NCBI GenBank assembly: GCA_942490785.1
Contig: CALNYJ010000004.1
Coordinates: 700,427-764,426, forward strand
Direction of reading: 5' to 3'
DNA: 64,000 bases
Source of the DNA: an uncultured Gammaproteobacteria bacterium
GTDB taxonomy: Bacteria > Pseudomonadota > Gammaproteobacteria > Steroidobacterales > GCA-2729495
A program made the position numbers and the translations under genes. The notes under the pieces are model-generated. The model had not been told where the DNA came from. It worked only from the letters and a program-made list of their open reading frames with translations, and made no database searches. This document shows, piece after piece, positions 26,928 through 36,754 of this stretch (position 1 is the stretch's first letter; every line of letters begins with the position of its first letter).

Positions 26928-28988
26928 TTATTTGACCGGATTGATCAGCAGGTTGCCGATTTCATCCACCCTGGCGTCATGCCCGGGCAGGATGACCGTT
27001 GTCGAATCCATTTCCATGACAATGGAAGGGCCGGGAACCACGATGCCCGCATGCAGCTTCGCGCGGTCATACAACGGCGCATCGTGCCACGCACCGTCGT
27101 AATAAAATTTGGACTCGTGCACGATACAGTCCTTGAGTTCGGCGTCTGCCGATCCGACCTCGGGCAATGCCAGATCGGCCGGTTTAGCTTTGACGACGGC
27201 GCGTATCATCAGAATCTCGTGTCCGTCGCTCAATTTAAAGCTGAACAACTGTTCATGCTCGGCATCGAACTGGCCCGTAACCACATCCAGACCGCGCGCT
27301 TGCAAGTCGGCCTCGGTGAAATCCAGAGTGATCTGGAAAGCCTGACCGACATAACGGACGTCCGCCTGATACACCACTTCGTGATCTTGTTTGCTGATGC
27401 CGTCGTCAATGAGTGCCTGAGCCGCGCGTTCTTCCAGCGCCTTCAGATCGGCAAGCAGCTGTTCCTTGCTGACGTCGCCGGCCAACTGAATATAGGTTCG
27501 GGTGGCTTCATCCTGCACCGTGGTCGTGGCATCACCACGCGCACACAGCACACCCGGGCCGGGCGGAATAATCACCGGCCATGCATCCGACAGAATGCCC
27601 ATGGCGTTGCCGTGAAGCGGCCCCGCGCCGCCAAAACAGACCAGCGCAAAATCACGCGGATCGTAACCCTGCTCCACCGATACCAGCCGCAGCGCGCCGA
27701 ACATGGCCTCGTTCGCAACCCGGATGATGCCTTCTGCTGCTTCCAGCAAATCAATATCGAGCGCGTCGGCAATGGTTTGCACGGCTTTTTCGGCCGCTTC
27801 CTTGGAAATCTGCATTTTGCCGCCCAACTGAACGTCGGAGGGCAAGTAACCCAGCACCACATTGGCATCACAAACGGTCGGCTTGTCACCGCCTTTGAGA
27901 TACGCCGCAGGCCCGGGCACAGCACCGGCGGATTCCGGCCCGACGCGCAGTGCGCCGGTGAGTTCCGGTACGAAAGCTATCGAGCCACCGCCCGCACCCA
28001 CGGTGCGCACGTCAACCGACGGCGCGCGGACTTTAACGTCACCGACATAGGTTTCACGGCGGACACGCGCTTTGGAGTCCTGAATCAGGGCCACGTCCGT
28101 CGATGTACCGCCCATGTCGAAAGTCAGGATGTCATCGTAACCGGCCCGACTGCAAAAATAGATGGCTCCGGTGACACCACCGGCAGGCCCGGACATCAGC
28201 ATATTGACCGGAGAATCGGCAGCAGAGCGAGCCGATGCCAGCCCGCCGTCGGAACGTAACAGTGACAACTGCAGTTCTTCACCCATGCGGTCGTGCAGTG
28301 CATTCTGCAGGTTGTCGATATAGAGCTGCATCTCGGGGCGCACGTAAGAGTTCATCACCGTTGTTTCAGTGCGCTCGTATTCCTGCATTTCCGGCACAAC
28401 TTCGCTGGATATCGAAATAGGCGTATCGCCGAACACCTCACGGGCTACTTTGGCGGCCTTCTGCTCGTTATCGCCGTTGATGTAGGCATTCACAAAACAA
28501 ATCGTCAACGCCTCGACCTCACCGGTCGCCTTCAACTTTTCCAGACTCTTGCGCAGCGCAGCTTCGTCGAGCTCGCGGATCACGTTACCGCTGGCGTCCA
28601 TCCGCTCATCAGCGCCAATGGTCAGCTCCAGCGGGGCCAGCAGCGGGTTCTTATTGAAGGTAACCCATCCGCCCAGGCCACCGGGACAGAACGACCGGGC
28701 GACCTGCAGTGTCTGCTCGTAACCGGCGGTCGTTACCAGGCCCACCTTTGCGCCCTTGCCCTGCAATACGGCATTGGTGGCAACGGTGGTGCCGTGCATG
28801 ACCCGATCGATCTTTGTTGGATCAATGCCGGATTCCTCACAAATACGCGCTACGCCGTTGAGCACGCCGATTGACGAATCTTCCGGGGTGGACGGAACTT
28901 TTGCGGTAAACGTCGCGCCCGTTTCTTCGTTAATCAACATCAAGTCGGTGAATGTTCCGCCTACGTCTACGCCAAGCCGGTAACTCAT
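26928..28988 (-). CDS. hydantoinase A/oxoprolinase family protein (HyuA-like, ATP-binding)
   Basis: 686 aa. MSYRLGVDVGGTFTDL and FDMGGTSTDV are ASKHA-fold phosphate motifs of HyuA. Confidence 0.8.
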   Translation of the reverse strand: MSYRLGVDVGGTFTDLMLINEETGATFTAKVPSTPEDSSIGVLNGVARICEESGIDPTKIDRVMHGTTVATNAVLQGKGAKVGLVTTAGYEQTLQVARSFCPGGLGGWVTFNKNPLLAPLELTIGADERMDASGNVIRELDEAALRKSLEKLKATGEVEALTICFVNAYINGDNEQKAAKVAREVFGDTPISISSEVVPEMQEYERTETTVMNSYVRPEMQLYIDNLQNALHDRMGEELQLSLLRSDGGLASARSAADSPVNMLMSGPAGGVTGAIYFCSRAGYDDILTFDMGGTSTDVALIQDSKARVRRETYVGDVKVRAPSVDVRTVGAGGGSIAFVPELTGALRVGPESAGAVPGPAAYLKGGDKPTVCDANVVLGYLPSDVQLGGKMQISKEAAEKAVQTIADALDIDLLEAAEGIIRVANEAMFGALRLVSVEQGYDPRDFALVCFGGAGPLHGNAMGILSDAWPVIIPPGPGVLCARGDATTTVQDEATRTYIQLAGDVSKEQLLADLKALEERAAQALIDDGISKQDHEVVYQADVRYVGQAFQITLDFTEADLQARGLDVVTGQFDAEHEQLFSFKLSDGHEILMIRAVVKAKPADLALPEVGSADAELKDCIVHESKFYYDGAWHDAPLYDRAKLHAGIVVPGPSIVMEMDSTTVILPGHDARVDEIGNLLINPVK

Positions 28989-29145
28989 GGTTTCCCCTTA
29001 CTCTCTCGTATCAATTCAAGTTGTGGGCACACTCTGCTGTGGCGGAGCTGCCGTGAAAATAAAAAAGTTGTTCAGGTTACCCGGCAGTCAGTGGCTCGCT
29101 GCCATGCCTGAATCTGCCCGCCCTGATTTTTGCGTGCTGCCTCTT

Positions 29146-30099
29146 TTAGCTGGCTTCCTGGTATTGCTCGGCAACCTGCGGAAATATACCGGCCTTGGGC
29201 AACATCGCGGGCGTTGGGCGCCCAAGCTGCTCTTCGAGCCAGTGACTTATCTCGATGATTTTATCCAGCGCGACGCCGGTTTCCACCCCTGAACGATCCA
29301 ACATATAGAGCAGATCGTCAGTAGGTATATTCCCCGTGGCCGCGGGGGCAAAGGGGCAGCCGCCAATGCCTGCAATACTGGCATCCAGCGAGTCCACACC
29401 GGCCTGCACCGCTGCCATGGCATTGGCAATACCGGTGTTACGGGTGTTGTGAAAATGGAAGCGCAACGGCATATCGGGCGCGATTTCGCGCACGGCTCCG
29501 ATCATTTCAGTCACCTGCGGCGGCACGCCCACGCCTATGCTGTCGGCAAAACCGAGTTCCACGGGTTCGCCTTCAAGTATCTTTTTGACGATGTCCAGCA
29601 CGTGCTGCAATTTGACCTCCCCTTCAAAGGGGCAACCAAACGCCGAAGAAACCATGACATTCGCACGCATGCCTTCTTTGCGGGCTTCGGCAGCCATCTC
29701 CAGCCATGCGTCAATGGAACCCTGCGTGGAGGTGCCGTTATTACGCTGGTTGTACGTCTCGCTGGCAATCACTGCCATACCGATCTCGTCAATGTGCACA
29801 TCACGCGCACGCTCAAAGCCGCGCTTATTAAGAACCAGCCCAATCGCGGTGAAATCGTCGCGTTTCGGCAGGCCGCGGACGACATCCTCAGCATCTGCCA
29901 TTTGCGGCACTCGCTTGGGGTGCACAAAGCTGGTGACTTCCATACGGCGGATACCCGCATCAATGGCCTTGTTGATGAATGTCAACTTGGCCTCAGTCGA
30001 AAGCACCTCAGGCTCGCTCTGCAAACCGTCGCGGGGCCCGACTTCGATAATGGATACTTTTTTCTGAGACACTCTCTGTAACCTTGCGGTACGAGCCAA
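29146..30099 (-). CDS. hydroxymethylglutaryl-CoA lyase-like (HMGL family) enzyme
   Basis: 317 aa with IIEVGPRDGLQSE and HFHNTRNTGIAN motifs of the HMGL-like aldolase/lyase family. Confidence 0.75.
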   Translation of the reverse strand: MARTARLQRVSQKKVSIIEVGPRDGLQSEPEVLSTEAKLTFINKAIDAGIRRMEVTSFVHPKRVPQMADAEDVVRGLPKRDDFTAIGLVLNKRGFERARDVHIDEIGMAVIASETYNQRNNGTSTQGSIDAWLEMAAEARKEGMRANVMVSSAFGCPFEGEVKLQHVLDIVKKILEGEPVELGFADSIGVGVPPQVTEMIGAVREIAPDMPLRFHFHNTRNTGIANAMAAVQAGVDSLDASIAGIGGCPFAPAATGNIPTDDLLYMLDRSGVETGVALDKIIEISHWLEEQLGRPTPAMLPKAGIFPQVAEQYQEAS

Positions 30100-30121
30100 A
30101 ACGGCTCAAAATTCGACCTCG

Positions 30122-30153
30122 CATTGTATACGACCGCGCACCGACATTGTATA
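30122..30153. promoter_or_regulatory. candidate operator: 9-bp direct repeat CATTGTATA x2 in a divergent promoter region
   Basis: CATTGTATA occurs at 30122-30130 and again at 30145-30153, 23 nt apart. The first copy contains the palindrome GTATAC. It lies between the HMGL-like start (30099) and the CoA-transferase start (30251). Confidence 0.4.
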
Positions 30154-30250
30154 TGCCGGATACGTGGCTGCAGACGACATTCACAGACTGATACGGCACC
30201 ACGGCGAGATTGTGCGCACCTTCGCCGCTAGCCTAAAGGGTAAGCAACGC

Positions 30251-31465
30251 ATGACAATTGAAGAAAAAGAGAACCGGGGGCCTCTTTCAGACCTGCGGCT
30301 GATCGAAATGGGCACATTGCTGGCAGGACCGTTCTGCGGGCAGCTCATGGGCGATTTTGGCGCAGAAGTCATCAAGATCGAGCCGCCGAATCAGGGCGAC
30401 CCGATGCGCGTCTGGGGCCGCGAGAAAGCGCATGGCCAATCCCTTTGGTGGCCGGTGGTGGCACGCAACAAAAAGTCGGTCACGCTGAATCTCCGCGAAC
30501 AGGAAGGTCAGGAAATCGCGCGCGAGCTGATCAAGACAGCGGATTTTCTGCTGGAAAACTTTCGCCCGGGCACGATGGAGCGCTGGGGTCTGAGTTATGA
30601 AGAACTTTCCAAAATTAATCCGGGGCTGATCATGATCAGAGTTTCCGGTTTTGGGCAGACCGGGCCCTACTCGTCGCGCGCCGGATTCGGCGCAGTCGGC
30701 GAAGCCATGGGCGGATTGCGATACGTTTGCGGCGATCCCTCTACACCTCCGAGCCGAATGGGCATCAGCATCGGCGACTCACTGGCCGCAACCTTCGCCT
30801 GCATAGGCGGATTGACGGCGCTGCATCACCGGGAACGCACCGGCGAAGGTCAGGTGGTGGACTCCGCCATTTATGAAGCCGTGCTCAACATGATGGAATC
30901 ACTCGTCACCGAATATGACAAAGCAGGTTATGTGCGCGAGCGCACCGGCGCGATATTGCCCAACGTGGCACCGTCGAATGTATACCCGACCAAAGACGGC
31001 GGCATGATACTGATCGCGGCCAATCAGGACACGGTGTTTCGTCGTCTGACCGAAGCCATGGGCCAGCCGGAGCTGGCCGAAAACGAGCGCTACGCAACCC
31101 ACACTGCGCGCGGTGCCGTTCAGCAAGAGCTTGATGATCTGATATCCGAGTGGACCAAAACGCTCGACGCGGCCGACGTCGGCAAACTCATGGACGATTA
31201 CGGCATCCCGTCCGGAAAGATTTACACCACACCCGACATGCTCGAAGACGCTCACTTTCAGGCACGCGAAGCCATTGCGACAACCGTACATCCCAAATTC
31301 GGTGAGCTCAAAATGCAGAACGTCGCTCCCAAGCTTTCCAAAACGCCCGGCGGCATTCGTCGCCCTGGGCCGGAACTCGGGCAGCACAACCAGGAGATCT
31401 ACGGTGGCGTACTTAACATGAGCGCTGAACGTATCGCGGAACTCACTGCGAAAGGCATTATCTAG
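30251..31465 (+). CDS. family III CoA-transferase (CaiB/BaiF family)
   Basis: LSDLRLIEMGTLLAGPFCGQLMGDFGAEVIKIEPP is the hallmark N-terminus. I prefer the start at ATG 30251 (MTIEEKEN), not 30164. Confidence 0.8.
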   Translation: MTIEEKENRGPLSDLRLIEMGTLLAGPFCGQLMGDFGAEVIKIEPPNQGDPMRVWGREKAHGQSLWWPVVARNKKSVTLNLREQEGQEIARELIKTADFLLENFRPGTMERWGLSYEELSKINPGLIMIRVSGFGQTGPYSSRAGFGAVGEAMGGLRYVCGDPSTPPSRMGISIGDSLAATFACIGGLTALHHRERTGEGQVVDSAIYEAVLNMMESLVTEYDKAGYVRERTGAILPNVAPSNVYPTKDGGMILIAANQDTVFRRLTEAMGQPELAENERYATHTARGAVQQELDDLISEWTKTLDAADVGKLMDDYGIPSGKIYTTPDMLEDAHFQAREAIATTVHPKFGELKMQNVAPKLSKTPGGIRRPGPELGQHNQEIYGGVLNMSAERIAELTAKGII

Positions 31466-31475
31466 GCCATTCAAT

Positions 31476-32324
31476 ATGCTCGGAGCGATACGCAGGGTCA
31501 CCGTAACGGCGACGGATCTCGTTGCAGTTGAACACGCCTACAGCGAGTTTCTTGAATACCGAGTTGTCGAGCGCGGAACGGTTAGCGATTCCGAAGCCGC
31601 TGCCTGGGGCACGCCGAAGATGTCCGGAGCCGACTCGCTAAGCATGCGACCTGCCGCTGGCGATGATTTCGAATTTCGCTTTGTACTCGCACCCCCTTAT
31701 CCGGATTACGTGCCACTCACAACCTACGGGTGGAACGCATCGGAAATCATGGTGCAAAACGTTGACGCGATGGCCGCCAGGATAGCGGATTCGCCGTTCG
31801 AAATCGTTGGCGAACCGCGCAACCTGTCGTTCAGCGATGACATTCGCGCCATGCAACTGCGCGGCCCCGCCAATGAAATTATTTATCTGACGGAGTTTAA
31901 AAAGCCGGTACCGGGGCTTTCCGTTCCCGTCGCGCGCTCGGCCGTCGACCGCACTTTTATTGTGATACTCGGCGGCGAAACCATGGGTGAACTGCAAAAT
32001 TTTTATCACGACTGCTTTGGCGTCGCCAAAGCGCCCGTGGTGGAGTCGCGCGTCACGACGCTGTCCAGAGCTCTCGGTGTATCAATCGAAACGCTCTACC
32101 CCATCGCCGCGCTGGGCCTTGACGGCGATTCGCTGATCGAGGTTGACGAAATGCCTGCGCAGGTCGGGCCGCGGGAGCAGCGAGCCGGTTACCTGCCGCC
32201 GGGAATTGCACTGGTCGGGTTTGATTGCGATGCCATTCCGGCAAATGCGGTTGCCGCTGCCAACGGCGTTGCCGTGATGACGGGCGTCACCGGCGAACTG
32301 ATTGAGCTGTTCGCGACAAACTAG
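31476..32324 (+). CDS. VOC (glyoxalase/dioxygenase-fold)-like protein, intact paralog of 6302..7307
   Basis: 282 aa, colinear with the frameshifted gene at 6.3-7.3 kb (GWNASEIMV / GWNATELLV; IEVDEMPAQV / IEVDEFPAEI; PPGIALVGF / PPGIAVVSF). The family name is tentative. Confidence 0.5.
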   Translation: MLGAIRRVTVTATDLVAVEHAYSEFLEYRVVERGTVSDSEAAAWGTPKMSGADSLSMRPAAGDDFEFRFVLAPPYPDYVPLTTYGWNASEIMVQNVDAMAARIADSPFEIVGEPRNLSFSDDIRAMQLRGPANEIIYLTEFKKPVPGLSVPVARSAVDRTFIVILGGETMGELQNFYHDCFGVAKAPVVESRVTTLSRALGVSIETLYPIAALGLDGDSLIEVDEMPAQVGPREQRAGYLPPGIALVGFDCDAIPANAVAAANGVAVMTGVTGELIELFATN

Positions 32325-32983
32325 CCTTTTTTGCGTGCCAAGGTTAACCCGTCACCGATAGGCACCAAAGAAATATCCCAGCGCGGGTCAGCGTACATTT
32401 GTGTGTTTAACGCGCGAATCGCCACCGTGTCGTCATCGTCGGATGACTCATCTAACACGGCACCGCCCCACAGCACGTTATCCAGCATCAGCAAGCCGCC
32501 CTCACGCAACAGCTTGTGGGCGAATTCAATGTACCCCGCATACCCTGTTTTATCGGCATCGATAAATACCGCGTCAAACTGTTCTTGTTGTGACGACACT
32601 AATTTTTCGAGCGTATCGGCCGCAGCACCCAGGTGCAGCGTTATCCGGTCGGCGACGCCCGCGCGCTCCCAATAGCGACGCGCCACGGCTGTCCACTCTT
32701 CACTGATATCAAGCGCATGCACTTCGGCATCATGAGGCATGGCCAGTGCACAGGCCAAAGCACTGTAGCCGGTAAAAGTGCCGACTTCGAGATAACGTTT
32801 CGCGCCTATCAGTTGCAACACCAGCCCCATGAACTGGCCCTGCTCGGGCGCAATTTGCATGCGCGCCATTTCCATTTGCATCGTCTCAGCGCGAAGCTGC
32901 TGCAGAATTTCGGGCTCACGCAGCGACACTGAACGCAGGTACGCGCTCAAAGCATCGGTAAGCTGAATTGTGTCGTTACTCAT
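32321..32983 (-). CDS. class I SAM-dependent O-methyltransferase (caffeoyl-CoA OMT-like)
   Basis: 220 aa with LEVGTFTGYSAL and FIDADK motifs typical of cation-dependent O-methyltransferases. Confidence 0.75.
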   Translation of the reverse strand: MSNDTIQLTDALSAYLRSVSLREPEILQQLRAETMQMEMARMQIAPEQGQFMGLVLQLIGAKRYLEVGTFTGYSALACALAMPHDAEVHALDISEEWTAVARRYWERAGVADRITLHLGAAADTLEKLVSSQQEQFDAVFIDADKTGYAGYIEFAHKLLREGGLLMLDNVLWGGAVLDESSDDDDTVAIRALNTQMYADPRWDISLVPIGDGLTLARKKG

Positions 32984-33051
32984 CCGGTTCGCCCCGTATA
33001 GGCTACAATCGCCGCCGGCCGCTAAGCATAACCATTACGGATTTCAATTAC

Positions 33052-33882
33052 ATGAGCGCGGAAATCTCCACACTGTTGTTGACGCTGGTACCGCTGCTGC
33101 TGGCGGTTGGCGCTTTTGCCGGAGTGCTTGCGGGCCTGCTCGGCGTAGGCGGCGGCATTGTTGTCGTTCCCGCGCTGTATCACATCTTCGGTTATCTGGA
33201 CGTTGCCGATGCCGTGCGCATGCACCTCGCTGTTGGCACATCGCTGGCGACCATAATCCCCACCAGTATTCGGTCCGTAAGGGCGCATCAGAGTCGCGGC
33301 AGCTTCGATGCCACGTTGTTCAAAACATGGATGCCCGGCATCGTCGTGGGCGTGCTCATCGGCACCTGGCTGGCCGCTTTGGCCGATTTCAGCACCCTGA
33401 CGCTGGTGTTCGCCGTCGTCGCATCGTGCGTGGCGATTTATATGGCACTGGGCAACCCGAGCTGGCAAGTGGCGTCCCATCTGCCCTCGCCGCTGCGGTG
33501 TCAGCCGATCGCGGCGATTATTGGCTGCATTTCGGCCATGATGGGCATCGGCGGCGGCACCATGTCGGTGCCGGTGCTGAACCTTTTTGGTGTCCCCATA
33601 CACCGTTCGGTGGGTACTTCAGCCGGTTTCGGGTTGATTATTGCCATACCCGGAACGCTGGGTTTTATTGCAGGCGGCTGGGAACAGCCCGCGCTGCCGG
33701 CATTCAGCATCGGGTATGTAAACTGGCTGGGTTTGGCGCTGATCGTGCCCGCCACCGTGCTCACCGTACCGCTGGGAGCAAAGCTGGCTCATTCACTCAG
33801 CGTGGTCGGATTGCGCCGTGCTTTCGCGGTGTTTCTGGGGCTGACGGCGTTGCGGATGTTCGCCGATATCTTCGGCGGTTAG
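33052..33882 (+). CDS. TauE/SafE-family anion exporter (sulfite exporter family)
   Basis: About 276 aa from MSAEISTLLL. Polytopic, with the GVGGGIVVVPAL and GIGGGTMSVPVL repeats characteristic of TauE/SafE. Confidence 0.7.
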   Translation: MSAEISTLLLTLVPLLLAVGAFAGVLAGLLGVGGGIVVVPALYHIFGYLDVADAVRMHLAVGTSLATIIPTSIRSVRAHQSRGSFDATLFKTWMPGIVVGVLIGTWLAALADFSTLTLVFAVVASCVAIYMALGNPSWQVASHLPSPLRCQPIAAIIGCISAMMGIGGGTMSVPVLNLFGVPIHRSVGTSAGFGLIIAIPGTLGFIAGGWEQPALPAFSIGYVNWLGLALIVPATVLTVPLGAKLAHSLSVVGLRRAFAVFLGLTALRMFADIFGG

Positions 33883-33901
33883 AGGCTGGGTTAGAGGCTG
33901 G

Positions 33902-34219
33902 TTAGAGGTTATCGGCGACTACGGCCGTAAAGCCGTCCATATCGTCCGTGATTTCAATCTGGCAGGCCAAACGGCTGTTTTCGCGCCGGTCAGCCGTGGA
34001 ATCCAGCATGGCGTCTTCGTATTCATCCATGGGTGGCAATTTTTTCAGCCACTCAGGATCCACATAGATATGGCAGGTTGCACAAGCACAACAACCGCCG
34101 CAATCCGCCTTAATGCCGTATACCTCTTTGACGGCAGCAGCTTCCATGACTGTATAACCGCTGTAGGCCTCTACGACGGTTTCAGAACCGTCCGGCGATG
34201 TGAAATTGAGGCGCGGCAT
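33902..34219 (-). CDS. [2Fe-2S] ferredoxin, adrenodoxin/putidaredoxin type
   Basis: 105 aa. It has the Cys cluster CGGCCACATCH plus the distal LACQ. Its ATG shares one nucleotide with the stop codon of the upstream TPR gene (TAATG). Confidence 0.8.
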   Translation of the reverse strand: MPRLNFTSPDGSETVVEAYSGYTVMEAAAVKEVYGIKADCGGCCACATCHIYVDPEWLKKLPPMDEYEDAMLDSTADRRENSRLACQIEITDDMDGFTAVVADNL

Positions 34220-35619
34220 TAACTGTTAGTGGCAGCTTCGGCCTGCGCTTTACGCAGCACGTCTAACGACTCCTGAAGCTGGCGTACCCGCTCCTGCTCG
34301 TTGTCGACGTATTTAAGCCAGTTACGCGCATTTTTTGCGGACTTTTCAAACTTGGCGGCCGACTGGAACGAAGCTTTCGCCGAATTCAGCGCCTTGGTCT
34401 CAAACTGGCACATGCCCATAATCAGCCATGCATTACCGGTCGCCTTCAGCTTGCCTTTATCCAGTGCCTTGCGTGACGCATCTATACAGCTCTTGTACTC
34501 GCTCAGGTTTAAATAACTCTGAGCCAGGCGCGCGTAAAGCTCGCCGTCATCAGAAAGCGCAGCTGCCTCGTTCAGCGGACCAATAGCCTTGCGGTCTTCC
34601 TGCGCCATCTGCCAAGCCTGTGAAAGCAAGCGATAACTGCGGACGTTCTTTTCGACGGTGCCGTCCGCCAAACCTTTCTCCAGGACTTTAGCGCCTTTAT
34701 AAGGAACCTCTGCCTGCATGAAAAGCTGCGCCATCTGGATTAACTCTGAACTGCGCTCCAGCAAGCCCTGATCGTGCGCAGCTTCGTATGCAGCCAATTG
34801 TTTGGGCTCATCCTTTAGCTCGTAATAAATAGCAGAGAGCTGCGTCCAGTAATCTTTCTTCGGCCAGTTAACCACCAGCGTTTCGAGTATTTCACGAACC
34901 TTGCGGTAGTCTTTCTTATCCCAATAGGCCGCGCGTAACAGCAACCACCAGTTCTCTTTGGTGGAAACGCCGCGTTCTTTTGCCAGCTCGATGGCCCGTT
35001 CCAGCGGCGGAATAATTTTCGGCAGCTGATCCAGCTGAAAGTAGGCCGTGCCGATCAGGCTGTACATGTCCGGATCTTCACCGGCCTCGTCCATGTATTG
35101 CTGCGCGTAGCGAATTGAGTTCTGGTAATCCTCGGTAACGTACATGATCTGCGCAAGAATACGCAGCGACTGCTGCCGCAGCCCCTCGGGGATATCGGGC
35201 TGCTTCAGCACTGTTTCGTAGTCGCGCTTGGCCTGCGGATATTTTCCGTCGTTGTAATACAGAAAACCCGAGAAATTGTGCAGCTGCGCAATCTCATAGG
35301 GTGTCAGGTTTTCGAAGGCTTTGCCTTTATCGATCAGGCGGCGGGCGCCAGCCTCATCTTTATTGTCGGCTAATTCGTTGGCTTCGGTAATGAGTTCATA
35401 CACCTTTTTGCCCAGGGTCTGAACTTTCTTGCCTTTAAAAGGCGCTTTTGAATCTTCTTTATCGCTGTCCTGCGCTATAGCGAGAACACCGTCGATATCG
35501 CTAAAAACCGGGGCTGTGTAAATAATTGCTGTCGCCAGTGTAAACAGCAATGCTTTCGCCAACCCGGCAGGTACCAGCCCGGCACGAAGTTGTTTGTTTG
35601 CTATAGCCACCCTAATCAT
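34219..35619 (-). CDS. TPR-repeat protein of the TonB2-type cluster (TtpD-like)
   Basis: 466 aa with a signal/anchor and multiple TPR-like A..Y..G..Y..A repeats. The position after tonB matches Vibrio-type TonB2 clusters. Confidence 0.6.
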   Translation of the reverse strand: MIRVAIANKQLRAGLVPAGLAKALLFTLATAIIYTAPVFSDIDGVLAIAQDSDKEDSKAPFKGKKVQTLGKKVYELITEANELADNKDEAGARRLIDKGKAFENLTPYEIAQLHNFSGFLYYNDGKYPQAKRDYETVLKQPDIPEGLRQQSLRILAQIMYVTEDYQNSIRYAQQYMDEAGEDPDMYSLIGTAYFQLDQLPKIIPPLERAIELAKERGVSTKENWWLLLRAAYWDKKDYRKVREILETLVVNWPKKDYWTQLSAIYYELKDEPKQLAAYEAAHDQGLLERSSELIQMAQLFMQAEVPYKGAKVLEKGLADGTVEKNVRSYRLLSQAWQMAQEDRKAIGPLNEAAALSDDGELYARLAQSYLNLSEYKSCIDASRKALDKGKLKATGNAWLIMGMCQFETKALNSAKASFQSAAKFEKSAKNARNWLKYVDNEQERVRQLQESLDVLRKAQAEAATNS

Positions 35620-35641
35620 GCTCCATCTGCTCTGACAGCAA

Positions 35642-36244
35642 TCAGTCTTCCATCTTATAGGTAATGATCGTCTGCACGCCCTTCACCTCTTCTGCGACAC
35701 CGTCAACCACGCGAGGTTTGTACTTGAACTTAAGCGCCGCATTGATCGATGCGCGCTCGAATAATGAACTGGTGCATTCCACGGCAAAGGCATCTTTGGT
35801 GGCACCTGTGGTATCCACGGTAAACTCCACCAGACACTGGCCTTCCAGACCCCTCGACTGCGCCCGACGGGGATAAATAGGCTCCACGCGCACAATCGGC
35901 AGGTAATCGCCATCACCGAGCCCGATGCGGCCGCCGCCCAATTTGCCGATATCGAGTTGCGCCGACGCCCGACCCAGACTCAGCGTCTGCGAAGTATCAA
36001 GATCGTCCATCTGCTGATCCGGCGCTTCGGGGGGTGGTTCGTCCACTTCCGGCGGTTTTTCGGGCTCATCCTCGTCACGATTAATGACTTCTTCTTTTTT
36101 GACCCGAATAAAGTCGCCGAGATTGATATCGGCCTCGTTGACAATCGCACGCTTACCGGTAGCAATCAGCACCTGCATTACCCATAGCAAGGTGAATGTC
36201 ACCAGCAAACCGGACAGCAGCGAAATTGCGTAACGTGGGATCAT
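35642..36244 (-). CDS. tonB: energy transducer TonB
   Basis: 200 aa. It has an N-terminal anchor, an acidic/Pro-rich spacer (EPEKPPEVDEPPPEAP) and a C-terminal TonB domain (PIYPRRAQSRGLEGQCLVEFTV). Confidence 0.7.
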   Translation of the reverse strand: MIPRYAISLLSGLLVTFTLLWVMQVLIATGKRAIVNEADINLGDFIRVKKEEVINRDEDEPEKPPEVDEPPPEAPDQQMDDLDTSQTLSLGRASAQLDIGKLGGGRIGLGDGDYLPIVRVEPIYPRRAQSRGLEGQCLVEFTVDTTGATKDAFAVECTSSLFERASINAALKFKYKPRVVDGVAEEVKGVQTIITYKMED

Positions 36245-36322
36245 GCTTTTATAACCAACCTGTCACTAACCTAATTCGACCAAAACCCAACAAATTTTGT
36301 TCCCGCATTCGGCGATGCGCCG

Positions 36323-36733
36323 TCAGTTCGGCAACACACCCGAAATCGACACGCGCGAAATCTTCGCTTGCCGCGCTGCATCCATTACCAGCACGACAGT
36401 CTCGGTATACGCAGCCTTGTCAGCCTGAATAACGACGGAACCCTCGGGGTTTTCCGCCAGCAGTTTTTCAAACGCACCCTTTACGGCGCGCGGGTCTATA
36501 CTTTTCCGGTCTATCCAAATTTCATTATTGGCACTGATGGCAACAAGAATATTGGCTTTATTCTTGGGTTCTGCCTGAGCCGCCTCGGGTCGTCGCACCT
36601 CGACACCCGCTTCTTTGATAAAAGAGGCGGTGACGATAAAGAAGATGAGCATAATGAAAACCACGTCCAACATGGGCGTCAGGTTGATCTCGGTCTCTTC
36701 CTCTTCCGCGATACTGTGAATTCCTCTGCGCAT
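36323..36733 (-). CDS. exbD: biopolymer transport protein ExbD/TolR
   Basis: 136 aa. INLTPMLDVVFIMLIFFIV is the ExbD/TolR signature. Confidence 0.8.
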   Translation of the reverse strand: MRRGIHSIAEEEETEINLTPMLDVVFIMLIFFIVTASFIKEAGVEVRRPEAAQAEPKNKANILVAISANNEIWIDRKSIDPRAVKGAFEKLLAENPEGSVVIQADKAAYTETVVLVMDAARQAKISRVSISGVLPN

Positions 36734-36754
36734 TCCGAAATTCCCTCAGCTTCC

